This document shows, piece after piece, positions 8,555-17,208 of a DNA stretch of 64,000 nucleotides. Position 1 is the stretch's first letter. Every line of letters starts with the position of its first letter. The position numbers and the translations under genes are program-made. The DNA comes from Candidatus Micrarchaeota archaeon (GTDB taxonomy: Archaea > Micrarchaeota > Micrarchaeia > Anstonellales > Bilamarchaeaceae): positions 3,622-67,621 of the forward strand of contig JAHJDH010000033.1 in NCBI GenBank assembly GCA_018812625.1, in the 5' to 3' direction. The notes beneath the pieces are model-generated. The model worked only from the letters and a program-made list of their open reading frames with translations. It was not told where the DNA came from and searched no databases.

Positions 8555-8950
8555 ATGGAAAAGAAAAACAAGCCAAAATTTAATGTTCTCAATGATGGTC
8601 ACCGTACGAAGGTAAAATCCAGATGGAGAAAGCCACGCGGTACCCACAACAAAAAACGAATGGGGATGGAATGGGCCGGAGCATCTCCTGCAATTGGATA
8701 TAAGAATCCAGCTGCAATAAGGGGGCTTCATCCAAACGGAACCAGAGAAGTTCTTGTAAATAACGTTTCAGAGCTTGATGGTCTTGATGGAGTTTCAGTA
8801 AGAATTGCTGCTGCAGTTGGTGCAAAGAAAAAGCAAGAAATTGAAACCAAGGCAAAAACAATGAAACTAAAGGTTCTCAATCCAAAGGAGAAAAAGCCAT
8901 TTGTAAAGGCGGCTAAAAAACCCTCAAAAAAGGGAGGTGAAAGTTCATGA
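8555..8950 (+). CDS. rpl32e: ribosomal protein eL32
   Basis: The internal ATG at 8555, preceded by GGTGA, gives MEKKNKPKFNVLNDGHRTKVKSRWRKPRGTHNKKR, typical of L32e. The upstream part of track ORF 8459 overlaps uL6. Confidence 0.92.
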   Translation: MEKKNKPKFNVLNDGHRTKVKSRWRKPRGTHNKKRMGMEWAGASPAIGYKNPAAIRGLHPNGTREVLVNNVSELDGLDGVSVRIAAAVGAKKKQEIETKAKTMKLKVLNPKEKKPFVKAAKKPSKKGGESS

Positions 8951-9468
8951 CTCTTGCAACAGTAAGAAGACTTGCAGCTGATATTCTTAATATTGGAAAG
9001 AGTAGAGTCAGATTCAGCCCAGATGGTCTTAAGGAAGCAGAAGGAGCACTTACAAGATCTGATGTAAAAGGTCTTATAGATAAAGGAGTAGTCAAAAAAA
9101 TCAAGGTTCTAGGAAGAGACAGCACCGCAAGAAAAAAGAGACGCGGAAAAGGAAGAAAGAAGGGAAGCCTTGGAGACCGGAAAAAACTCTGGATGCAAAA
9201 AGTAAGATCCCAGAGGAAACTACTGGTAATTCTTACTGAGTCAGGCACTCTTGCCAAAGAACACAAGAGATCCATATACGGCAAGGTAAAAGGAGGAATT
9301 TTCAAAAGCAAAAGAGCAATGCTTCTTTATCTAAAGGATAACGAACTGATTGCAAAAGATTATGAAATTCCAAAAAAAGAAATGCCTCCAAAAAAAGAAG
9401 TAAAGAAGACTCCGGCAAAAAAAGCACCGGAGAAAAAAGAATCCAAGAAGGAGGGTGAGCAAAAATGA
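8947..9468 (+). CDS. rpl19e: ribosomal protein eL19
   Basis: MTLATVRRLAADILNIGKSRVRF is a canonical L19e N-terminus. A GAGGTGA SD is present and the tail is K-rich. Confidence 0.95.
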   Translation: MTLATVRRLAADILNIGKSRVRFSPDGLKEAEGALTRSDVKGLIDKGVVKKIKVLGRDSTARKKRRGKGRKKGSLGDRKKLWMQKVRSQRKLLVILTESGTLAKEHKRSIYGKVKGGIFKSKRAMLLYLKDNELIAKDYEIPKKEMPPKKEVKKTPAKKAPEKKESKKEGEQK

Positions 9469-9953
9469 CAAGAGCAAAAGGCCCAAGTTATGTTGTTTAT
9501 TACAGAAGACGAAGAGAAGGGAAAACTGACTATAAAAAGAGGTTAGCCCTTGTTAAAAGCGGCAAAACCAGAATGGTTATTCGCAGAAGCAATAAAGCTC
9601 TTGTAATTCAGTTTGTTGATTTCTATCCAGAAGGAGATAAAACCTTGCTTACTATGAGTAGCAATCAGCTTTCAAAAGATTACAAATGGCCCGCAAAGAG
9701 AAATATCTGGACTGGATATCTCGCAGGTCTTATGGCAGGCAAGCTAGCACAGAAAAAGGGAGTTAAAGAATTTGTCTTGGACGTTGGAATGTATGGTTCA
9801 TCAAAAGGTTCAGTTATATATGCAGCGCTTCAGGGTGCAACTGATTCTGGCCTCAAATCCAATTTTGATTCCAAAATGATTCCTGATTTTTCAACTGTGC
9901 CTGACAAATACAAAAAAGCTTTTGAAGAGGTTAAATCCAAGCTCAACGGGTGA
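9465..9953 (+). CDS. rpl18: ribosomal protein uL18
   Basis: YRRRREGKTDYKKRLALVKSGKTRMVIRRSNK matches the archaeal L18/L5e N-terminus. A GGGTGA SD is present. Confidence 0.95.
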   Translation: MTRAKGPSYVVYYRRRREGKTDYKKRLALVKSGKTRMVIRRSNKALVIQFVDFYPEGDKTLLTMSSNQLSKDYKWPAKRNIWTGYLAGLMAGKLAQKKGVKEFVLDVGMYGSSKGSVIYAALQGATDSGLKSNFDSKMIPDFSTVPDKYKKAFEEVKSKLNG

Positions 9954-9958
9954 TTTTT

Positions 9959-10582
9959 ATGGTAGAGAAAGTTAGAAGTGTTAACATAGATAATTGGGAA
10001 CCGAAAACAGTTATCGGTAAAAAAGTTAAGGAAGGAGAAATCACTACTCTCGAGGAAATCAGGAAATCTGGCAAACCAATTTTGGAGTCAGAAATTATTG
10101 ATACTATTTTCCAAGACCTAGAATCTGAGACATTGGAAGTAAAGATAACTCAGAGAGTTACTGACTCTGGTAAAAGAATTAAGTTCAGAGTTGTCAAAAT
10201 CATTGGAGACCGAAAAGGCCATGTTGGTATTGGCGTTGGTAAAAGCGATGAGATCAAGCCTGCTATGGACTATGCAGTCAAAAATGCAAAAAAGAACATG
10301 ATTTCAATTACATTGGGTTGTGGAAGTTGGGAGTGTAGATGTCCAAACAAACACTCTGCAACAATTAAAACTCATGCTAGAGAAGGAAGTACAGTTGTAA
10401 CCCTCAGGCCAGCTCCAAGAGGACTTGGTCTTGCAGGAAACGACGTTGTGCGCAAAGTTCTTCTGCTTGCTGGAGTCAAAGATATTTGGAGCAATTGTGT
10501 TGGTGGAAAAAATGTTTACAACATGGCTTCTGCTACAACAAAAGCACTGAATAATCTAAATACATTCAAGAGGGCTGAGTAA
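9959..10582 (+). CDS. rps5: ribosomal protein uS5
   Basis: GKRIKFRVVKIIGDRKGHVGIGVGKSDE..VTLRPAPRGLGLAG. The ATG at 9959 lies 5 nt after GGTGA; the track start 9950 is a GTG. Confidence 0.94.
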   Translation: MVEKVRSVNIDNWEPKTVIGKKVKEGEITTLEEIRKSGKPILESEIIDTIFQDLESETLEVKITQRVTDSGKRIKFRVVKIIGDRKGHVGIGVGKSDEIKPAMDYAVKNAKKNMISITLGCGSWECRCPNKHSATIKTHAREGSTVVTLRPAPRGLGLAGNDVVRKVLLLAGVKDIWSNCVGGKNVYNMASATTKALNNLNTFKRAE

Positions 10583-10583
10583 A

Positions 10584-11015
10584 ATGAAATTAGCAATTTT
10601 ACGAGTTAGAGGTCGCAGGAAAATCAATTATAAAATTGAAGATACACTCAAAATGCTTAGGTTAATTCGACCAAACAATTGTGTTATTGTGGATGATACT
10701 CCACAAAACCTCGGCATGATCATGAAGGTAAAAGATTATGTTGCATACGGTCAGGTTGACGAGCTTACAATCTTCAAATTACTTTCAAAAAGAGGCAAAA
10801 AAGGAAGAATTGATCTTTCTACAGTCATGAAAGAAGACGAAATCAAGAAAGCAGCCTCTGAAATTTTCGGAGGAGCAAAACTTAAAGATTTTGTGAACCC
10901 TGTTTTCAAATTAAGGCCACCTTCAAAAGGTTATAAAAATACCAAGAAAAATTATCCAGAAGGAGATCTTGGTAAGAGAGGAGATATGACAATGCTTCTC
11001 TCAAGAATGATGTGA
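10584..11015 (+). CDS. rpl30: ribosomal protein uL30
   Basis: 143 aa starting MKLAILRVRGRRKINYKIEDTLKMLRL, with the conserved position after uS5. Confidence 0.92.
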   Translation: MKLAILRVRGRRKINYKIEDTLKMLRLIRPNNCVIVDDTPQNLGMIMKVKDYVAYGQVDELTIFKLLSKRGKKGRIDLSTVMKEDEIKKAASEIFGGAKLKDFVNPVFKLRPPSKGYKNTKKNYPEGDLGKRGDMTMLLSRMM

Positions 11016-11020
11016 TATTT

Positions 11021-11437
11021 ATGAAGAGACAAAAGAAACAAAAAGGTAAATTCCTCGCCCAAAGAACTCATGGAAGAGGAAATACAAAAAACCGCAGAGG
11101 AGGCGGTAACCGCGGTGGTCGTGGTATGGCAGGTGTTGACAAGCACAAGTGGAGCTGGGCAATGAATATTGATTCATTATACTTCAGCAAATGTGGTTTT
11201 GCATCTCCAAACAAAAAGAATGTCAAAAAAGTTAATCTTTATGAAATAAACCAAAAAGCAGTTACAGAAAAGCTTGAAAAGAAGGGCGACAAATTCCAGT
11301 TTGCATTTAAGGGCAAGATCCTTGGAATTGGAAACGTTACTGTCCCTCTTTCGATCAAAGCAATTTCCTGGAGCAAATCAGTTGAGAAAAAACTTAGTGA
11401 AACCGGCGGAGAAATCTCGAAACTAGAGGGCTCCTGA
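11021..11437 (+). CDS. rpl15: ribosomal protein uL15
   Basis: GRGNTKNRRGGGNRGGRGMAGVDKHKW is the L15 glycine-rich N-terminus. The ATG at 11021 follows GTGAT. Confidence 0.93.
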   Translation: MKRQKKQKGKFLAQRTHGRGNTKNRRGGGNRGGRGMAGVDKHKWSWAMNIDSLYFSKCGFASPNKKNVKKVNLYEINQKAVTEKLEKKGDKFQFAFKGKILGIGNVTVPLSIKAISWSKSVEKKLSETGGEISKLEGS

Positions 11438-11449
11438 AGGTGTTAACTA

Positions 11450-12943
11450 ATGGCTGGAATAATTGATATAATCCATTCGTTTCACAAGGTTCTTCCTACT
11501 GTAAAAGGCCCTGATAAGCCGCTTGGATCCAATGACAAATTACTTTGGACAGGACTTGCTCTTGTTCTTTATTTCATGATGTACCAGACCACAGTGTTTG
11601 GTGTTCCTCATACTACTGGCGGAGTTGATTTCCTGCAGACTATTACTGCAGCAAGAATCGGAAGTCTTCTTACTACTGGTATTGGTCCTCTTGTTCTATC
11701 GAGCATTTTCCTGCAGCTTTTCGTAGGTGCAGGTCTTATTAATTTGAATCTCAAAGACAAGAATGATAAAATAAAATTTGCAGAGACTCAAAAAGTTCTT
11801 GCAATTCTTTTGGCACTTGCAGAAGCTTTGATCTTCGTTGTGTTTACGCAGATAGTTCCTCTTGCTCCTGTTGCCGGGCTATCGCCAATGGTGGTCATGG
11901 TGCTTGTAGTGCTGCAGATTACCTTAGGTTCCATTCTTATCCTATTCTTGGATGAGATTGTAACCAAGTACGGAATTGGCAGTGGTATCAGTCTTTTCAT
12001 TGCAGCCGGTGTTTCCTTTGCAGTGTTTGCAGGAGTAATATCTCTTATATTCGGCGCGCAGGGAGTAATTGAAACAATATCAGGAGGAGGTGCTGAAGCG
12101 CTTCCAAACGCACTGCTTGTGCTCCTTCCATTTGCATTTACAATGCTGGTTTTCCTGGCAGTTGTATATGCAGAGGGTGTAAAAGTTGAAATTCCGATTG
12201 CATTTCAGCGTGTTCGTGGAATGGTTCCAAAACTTCCACTCAAATTCTTCTATGTTTCTAATATCCCGGTCATATTTGCCAGCGCTCTTATTATGAATAT
12301 CCAGCTGTTTTCTGGAGGAGTTCTTGCCGGACAATACTGGGCAGACCAGACAACAGGAGAAGCTATTGATCAATTCAATGATATTGGAGCTGGATATGAT
12401 TTTGACAAGCACGGATTCCTTCCTTTGGTTGGATATGTTGATCAAAATGGTCAGCTTCGAGACGGGCTCTTATACTTCTTTACTCCGCTTTATGCCGGCA
12501 GTGGCGGCACTGTTGCACAGTGGAACTTAGTTTCTGGAGGACACACTCCCATTTTAGGAATTCCAGAATGGATTCATGCTTTTTCATATGTAATCCTCCT
12601 GTCTCTTGTTTCCATAATATTCGGTTTGTTCTGGGTTGAAACATCTAACATGGATGCAAAAAGTGTTGCAGGCCAGCTCTCAGATTCAGGTATCCAGATT
12701 CCTGGTTTCAGGAGAGACCCGAGAATGCTTGAGACAATACTAAACAAGCACATATTCCCGCTTACTGTTATGGGTTCATTTGCTGTTGGTCTTCTTGCAG
12801 GAGTTGCTGATCTGACAGGAGCACTTGGTACTGGAACTGGTATATTGCTTACTGTAGGTATACTGCACAGAATGTATGAACAGCTAGAGCAAATGAAGGC
12901 TATTGACAGCAATCCGATGCTAAGTAAATTATTTGGAGGATAG
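11450..12943 (+). CDS. secY: preprotein translocase subunit SecY
   Basis: 497 aa, polytopic (about 10 hydrophobic spans), with the conserved position after uL15 and an AGGTG SD. Confidence 0.95.
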   Translation: MAGIIDIIHSFHKVLPTVKGPDKPLGSNDKLLWTGLALVLYFMMYQTTVFGVPHTTGGVDFLQTITAARIGSLLTTGIGPLVLSSIFLQLFVGAGLINLNLKDKNDKIKFAETQKVLAILLALAEALIFVVFTQIVPLAPVAGLSPMVVMVLVVLQITLGSILILFLDEIVTKYGIGSGISLFIAAGVSFAVFAGVISLIFGAQGVIETISGGGAEALPNALLVLLPFAFTMLVFLAVVYAEGVKVEIPIAFQRVRGMVPKLPLKFFYVSNIPVIFASALIMNIQLFSGGVLAGQYWADQTTGEAIDQFNDIGAGYDFDKHGFLPLVGYVDQNGQLRDGLLYFFTPLYAGSGGTVAQWNLVSGGHTPILGIPEWIHAFSYVILLSLVSIIFGLFWVETSNMDAKSVAGQLSDSGIQIPGFRRDPRMLETILNKHIFPLTVMGSFAVGLLAGVADLTGALGTGTGILLTVGILHRMYEQLEQMKAIDSNPMLSKLFGG

Positions 12944-12945
12944 CA

Positions 12946-14208
12946 GTGGTCCGGGTTTTTATTGAGACTTATGGCTGCACTTTGAATCAGGCTGATAGTG
13001 ACATACTCAAAGCCTTAGTACAAGAGCGGCACGAGATTGTCCTGAATGAGGATGAGTGCGAGCTTATAATTCTCAATACATGTACAGTAAAAGGCACAAC
13101 TGAGAATAAAATTTTTTCAAGACTTGAAACATTATCCAAAAAGTTTGTTGTATGCGGATGCATGGATGCAGAGCGAATTAGAAAATTTGCACCAAATGCT
13201 CCGATTGTCGGAACTTCTTCTCTAAATTCAATAAATGATGCAATTGATGATGCTTTAGCTGGAAAATCAACTATTTACAAAAAACCAGAGAGCAAAGATT
13301 ATCTTCCAAAACTTTTATCTGCTCCGATTATGAGAATTCCTATCAATGATGGGTGTCTTTCCTCATGCAATTTTTGCCAGACTAAGCTATCCCGTCCTTA
13401 TCTTCGAAGCTACTTCCCAAAAACAATTGTTAACTGGATCAATAAAAGTGTAGGGGCAGGAGCTCGCGAGATTCAGCTGACTAGTATGGATTCTGGGGCG
13501 TATGGACGCGATATCAAAACTAATCTCATCGAATTGCTTGATCTTATACTAGATGATAATAGCAGCACCAAATCCGAAGAAGAATATCTGATTCGTTTGG
13601 GAATGCTCAATCCAAATCATGCAAAAGAAATGCTTCCAGAGCTGATCCGGATTTTCAAAAACAGGAAATTCTATAAATTCCTTCATGTTCCTGTGCAAGC
13701 AGGATCTGAAAAAGTGGTCAAAGAAATGAACCGCGACCATAGTGTTGCTGATTTTGTTGAGATTGCAAATGCCTTTAGAAGAGAAATTCCTGAATTTGTT
13801 ATTTCAACAGATATTATTGTAGGCTATCCAACTGAAACTGAGGATGATTTTGAAAAGACTTTGGACCTGCTTCGAAATGTTCGCCCTGACATAATAAACA
13901 TCTCAAGATTCAGTCCAAGGCCAGGAACCAAAGCTCAAAAGCTCAAACAACTTCCAACGCAGGAACTGAAGCGAAGAAGCAGGGAAACAACTCTCCTCTC
14001 TAGCGAGATAAGGTCTCAAAGCAGAAGAAATTTAATAGGTAAAGAATATACTATACTGATCACTGAAAGCTACCCTGATTTTCGAGGAAGAAATGTCAAC
14101 TACCAGCAGGTGGTTGTAAAAGAATTTGGGGGCAAGCTTGGTGAAAGAGCAAAAGTAAAAATTATTGATGCGGACCAAAATTCGCTATTTGGAGAAATTA
14201 TAATATAA
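12946..14208 (+). CDS. MiaB-like radical-SAM tRNA methylthiotransferase (archaeal/eukaryotic CDKAL1-type)
   Basis: UPF0004 N-terminus FIETYGCTLNQADS, radical-SAM cluster motif CLSSCNFCQTK, and a C-terminal TRAM-like barrel (GERAKVKIIDADQNSLFGEI). Confidence 0.85.
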   Translation: MVRVFIETYGCTLNQADSDILKALVQERHEIVLNEDECELIILNTCTVKGTTENKIFSRLETLSKKFVVCGCMDAERIRKFAPNAPIVGTSSLNSINDAIDDALAGKSTIYKKPESKDYLPKLLSAPIMRIPINDGCLSSCNFCQTKLSRPYLRSYFPKTIVNWINKSVGAGAREIQLTSMDSGAYGRDIKTNLIELLDLILDDNSSTKSEEEYLIRLGMLNPNHAKEMLPELIRIFKNRKFYKFLHVPVQAGSEKVVKEMNRDHSVADFVEIANAFRREIPEFVISTDIIVGYPTETEDDFEKTLDLLRNVRPDIINISRFSPRPGTKAQKLKQLPTQELKRRSRETTLLSSEIRSQSRRNLIGKEYTILITESYPDFRGRNVNYQQVVVKEFGGKLGERAKVKIIDADQNSLFGEIII

Positions 14209-14221
14209 AGAGGATTTTGAT

Positions 14222-14752
14222 ATGATAATTGCAATGGGTCTTCCTGGAGCTGGAAAAACTACGGTTTTGAAGAATGTTAAGTCTGACTATGTGCTTGTTA
14301 ATTATGGGGATCTTATGTTTGAGATCGAGCAAGAGCATTTTGGAATCAAAGATCGGGATGATATGAGAAAGCTTCCAATTGAAAAACAAAAACAAGCACA
14401 AAAAATGGTTTATGAAAGGCTTGCTAAGATGGATGGAAAAGTGATTCTTGATACTCACTGCTCAGTAAATACTCCATCAGGTTTTTTCCCAGGCCTTCCA
14501 CTTGATTACCTTAAGATGCTCAAAGTAGATTCACTTGTTCTTATTACTGCAGATGTTGAGGAAGTAGCAAAGAGAAGAGCAGAAGATCCTACTCGAAAAA
14601 GGGATTCTGATGACGTGGCACTTCATGATAATATGAATAGAGCATTTCTTGCTGCTTACAGTGCTGCAACTGGCGCTCCTGCTGTGATCATCTTTAACAG
14701 GCAAGGAAAACTGGAAGAAGCAGTTGCACAATTTGAAAAAATACTTGGATGA
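14222..14752 (+). CDS. adkA: adenylate kinase, archaeal type
   Basis: 176 aa with P-loop GLPGAGKTT and ..LDTHCSVNTPSGFFPGLP.. typical of archaeal AdkA. The location near secY is usual. Confidence 0.9.
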   Translation: MIIAMGLPGAGKTTVLKNVKSDYVLVNYGDLMFEIEQEHFGIKDRDDMRKLPIEKQKQAQKMVYERLAKMDGKVILDTHCSVNTPSGFFPGLPLDYLKMLKVDSLVLITADVEEVAKRRAEDPTRKRDSDDVALHDNMNRAFLAAYSAATGAPAVIIFNRQGKLEEAVAQFEKILG

Positions 14753-14756
14753 TTAT

Positions 14757-16028
14757 ATGCTAGACATTCGCTTAATCCGTGACAATATTGAAAAAGTCGA
14801 AGAATCACTGCGCATCAGGCATTATGAAGGCGATGCAACAGATGCACTAGCTCGAATCAAGGATCATGATCTATCATGGCGCAAAGTAAAAAAAGAAGAT
14901 GATGAGCTTAGAGCAGAGCGCAATAAGCTCGGCCCAGAGATTGCAAAAGCGAAAAAAGCAGGAGAACCTGCGGATGATCTACTCAAGCGATCAACAGAAA
15001 TCAGCAACAAAATAAAAAATCTGACTCTTGAAACAAATACTCTTGAAGAAAAGATCAAAGATGAACTACTTTATCTGCCAAACATTCCCGATGATTCGGT
15101 TCCACATGGGAAAACCGAGGCAGACAATCCCGAGATTCGAAAGTGGGGCGAGATCAAGAAAACATCAAAGGATGTTCTCTCTCATTTTGATTTGGGTCAG
15201 AAAACCGGTTTAATCGATCATGAGAGGGGAGTAAAACTTGCATGCCACAGGTTTTGCGTTTTATATGGAGATATTGCCAAACTTGAGCGCGCTCTTATCA
15301 ACTTCATGCTTTCTGTACAAACTTCCCGTGGCTATCTTGAAGTTGCGCCACCGTATATTGTAAATACAAAAACAATGACAGGAACAGGCCAGCTTCCAAA
15401 ATTTGCCAGTGACCTCTACAAATGTGATGAGGATCTCTGGCTTATTCCAACTGCCGAAGTTCCACTAACCAACCTTTATTCAGGCGAGGTTCTTGAAGAG
15501 AAAAATCTTCCGATCAAGCTCGCTGCATATACTCCATGCTTTAGAAAAGAAGCTGGGGCATATGGAAAAGATATCAAAGGTTTGATCCGTCAGCATCAGT
15601 TTGACAAAGTGGAGCTTGTTAAGTTTTCTCATCCAAATACAAGCTTCCAGGAACTCGAAGCTTTGACAAAAGATGCAGAGAGGATTCTTGAACTCCTTGA
15701 AATTCCATACAGGGTAATTGAATTATGCACTGGAGACCTTGGCTTTGGAGCTGCAAAAACATATGATATCGAAGCATGGATTCCGTCACAAGATCGTTAT
15801 AGGGAAATCTCATCATGTTCAAACTGCACTGATTTCCAGGCAAGACGCGCCAATATAAAATTCCGAACTGGAGATCATCTTGAATATGTCCACACATTAA
15901 ATGGAAGCGGACTTGCAGTTGGAAGGACTTTGATTGCACTTCTTGAAAATCATCAGGAAGATGGACAAATTCTAATTCCAAAAGTTCTTCAGGACTTTAT
16001 GGGCAAGGAACTTATTGATATTCGGTAA
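14757..16028 (+). CDS. serS: seryl-tRNA synthetase
   Basis: N-terminal coiled-coil arm, then class II motifs FRKEAGAYGKDIKGLIRQHQFDKVE and TLNGSGLAVGRTLIALLEN. The internal ATG at 14757 is preferred over the track start 14724, which overlaps adkA. Confidence 0.93.
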   Translation: MLDIRLIRDNIEKVEESLRIRHYEGDATDALARIKDHDLSWRKVKKEDDELRAERNKLGPEIAKAKKAGEPADDLLKRSTEISNKIKNLTLETNTLEEKIKDELLYLPNIPDDSVPHGKTEADNPEIRKWGEIKKTSKDVLSHFDLGQKTGLIDHERGVKLACHRFCVLYGDIAKLERALINFMLSVQTSRGYLEVAPPYIVNTKTMTGTGQLPKFASDLYKCDEDLWLIPTAEVPLTNLYSGEVLEEKNLPIKLAAYTPCFRKEAGAYGKDIKGLIRQHQFDKVELVKFSHPNTSFQELEALTKDAERILELLEIPYRVIELCTGDLGFGAAKTYDIEAWIPSQDRYREISSCSNCTDFQARRANIKFRTGDHLEYVHTLNGSGLAVGRTLIALLENHQEDGQILIPKVLQDFMGKELIDIR

Positions 16029-16033
16029 TCCAA

Positions 16034-16759
16034 ATGGAAAAAAAGAAGAAGTTCTATTGCAAAAGCAGCGATGGGAATATCACTTATACTACTGACGGTA
16101 ATTTTATTTATGCAGAAGTTGGAAGCGACAGTATGAAGCTTGGCCTTTTTGATGGTCACTACTACAAGCTTAAGATTTACAAAAAGGTTCCAATTCTTGA
16201 AGTTGATGGGGTGCGGATGCATCTTATCAAAGATTTTGACAGCCCTCTTGATTATTCAAGAGAAGTTGTCAAAGAACTAAATATTCCATCAAAAGGTGAA
16301 CATTCTATTCTTGATACATGTATGGGACTTGGATACACTGCAATTGCCGCTGCAAAAAAGAAATATGTCAAGTCAGTTATAACATGCGAAATTTCTGAAG
16401 CTGTAATCAACCTTGCGCAATGGAATCCTCTTGGAGAATTACTATTCAAGGATAAAAAAATAGTTATTATGCGCGGAAGCGCGGCAGAGCTGATAACAAC
16501 TTTTTCTGCATCTACTTTCTCATTTATCATCCATGATCCGCCCAGGTTTTCGCATGCGCCTGAGTTATATTCAACTGAATTTTACAAAGAACTATTCCGT
16601 GTTTGCAAAAAAGGCGCTCGGATTTTCCATTATGTAGGTTCTGTTGGCAAGAAAAAAGGCCGCAACATAGAAAAAGAGGTTGAAAAAAGACTTCTCGAGG
16701 TCGGGTTTAAATCTATTAAATATTCAAAAAGGCTCCAGGGGCTTTTTGCCAGTAAGTAG
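16034..16759 (+). CDS. putative class I SAM-dependent methyltransferase
   Basis: ILDTCMGLGYTAIAAA (motif I-like) and FIIHDPPRF (motif IV-like DPPx). The substrate is unknown. Confidence 0.6.
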   Translation: MEKKKKFYCKSSDGNITYTTDGNFIYAEVGSDSMKLGLFDGHYYKLKIYKKVPILEVDGVRMHLIKDFDSPLDYSREVVKELNIPSKGEHSILDTCMGLGYTAIAAAKKKYVKSVITCEISEAVINLAQWNPLGELLFKDKKIVIMRGSAAELITTFSASTFSFIIHDPPRFSHAPELYSTEFYKELFRVCKKGARIFHYVGSVGKKKGRNIEKEVEKRLLEVGFKSIKYSKRLQGLFASK

Positions 16760-16793
16760 TCTTTTATAATATTCCTCATACTAACACATTATT

Positions 16794-17207
16794 ATGAAAA
16801 GAAAAACTCGCGGCAGTCCAACTGGTAGCAAAATTCTAGATCATATATCTGGCAAGAAGCTAGGCCCAGATCATCTCCAGACCGAAGATTCTTCTGCAAT
16901 GCTAATCTTTGCTCTTGATAATGATAAATCTGATGTTCGCATCATGGCAGTAAGAGGCCTTAGTGTAATTGCTCTTGCTTCTTCAAATGATGCTGTTCTC
17001 TCAAAAAGGTTGCTTGATCTACTGGAATTCCATGCAGTTTCTTCTGAACATGAAGATGTTAGGAAAGAATGCATTGATGCTCTTGCGCTTATAGAAGGAC
17101 CAGGGAGAATAAGCAAACTTAGTTTTGAAATTGGTTGTTTTGCAACTAAATGTTATCGCGATAAAGTGCTTCTTGAATTAGAAAAAGAAAGAGAAATGCC
17201 TAATTGA
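16794..17207 (+). CDS. hypothetical HEAT-repeat-like protein
   Basis: Repeated helical units with ..SDVRIMAVRGLSVIA.. and ..HEDVRKECIDALALI.., resembling PBS-lyase HEAT repeats. Confidence 0.45.
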   Translation: MKRKTRGSPTGSKILDHISGKKLGPDHLQTEDSSAMLIFALDNDKSDVRIMAVRGLSVIALASSNDAVLSKRLLDLLEFHAVSSEHEDVRKECIDALALIEGPGRISKLSFEIGCFATKCYRDKVLLELEKEREMPN

Positions 17208-17208
17208 T

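Noticed and set aside
384-9311. Many 60-130-aa antisense or alternate-frame ORFs inside ribosomal protein genes (for example 384-683, 652-879, 2470-2865, 2897-3163, 5345-5659, 8133-8417, 8913-9311).
   Set aside because: They fully overlap strongly supported conserved genes. Their translations are low complexity or hydrophobic (S/L/F/I rich), typical of shadow ORFs in AT-rich DNA, and they lack SD or TATA context.
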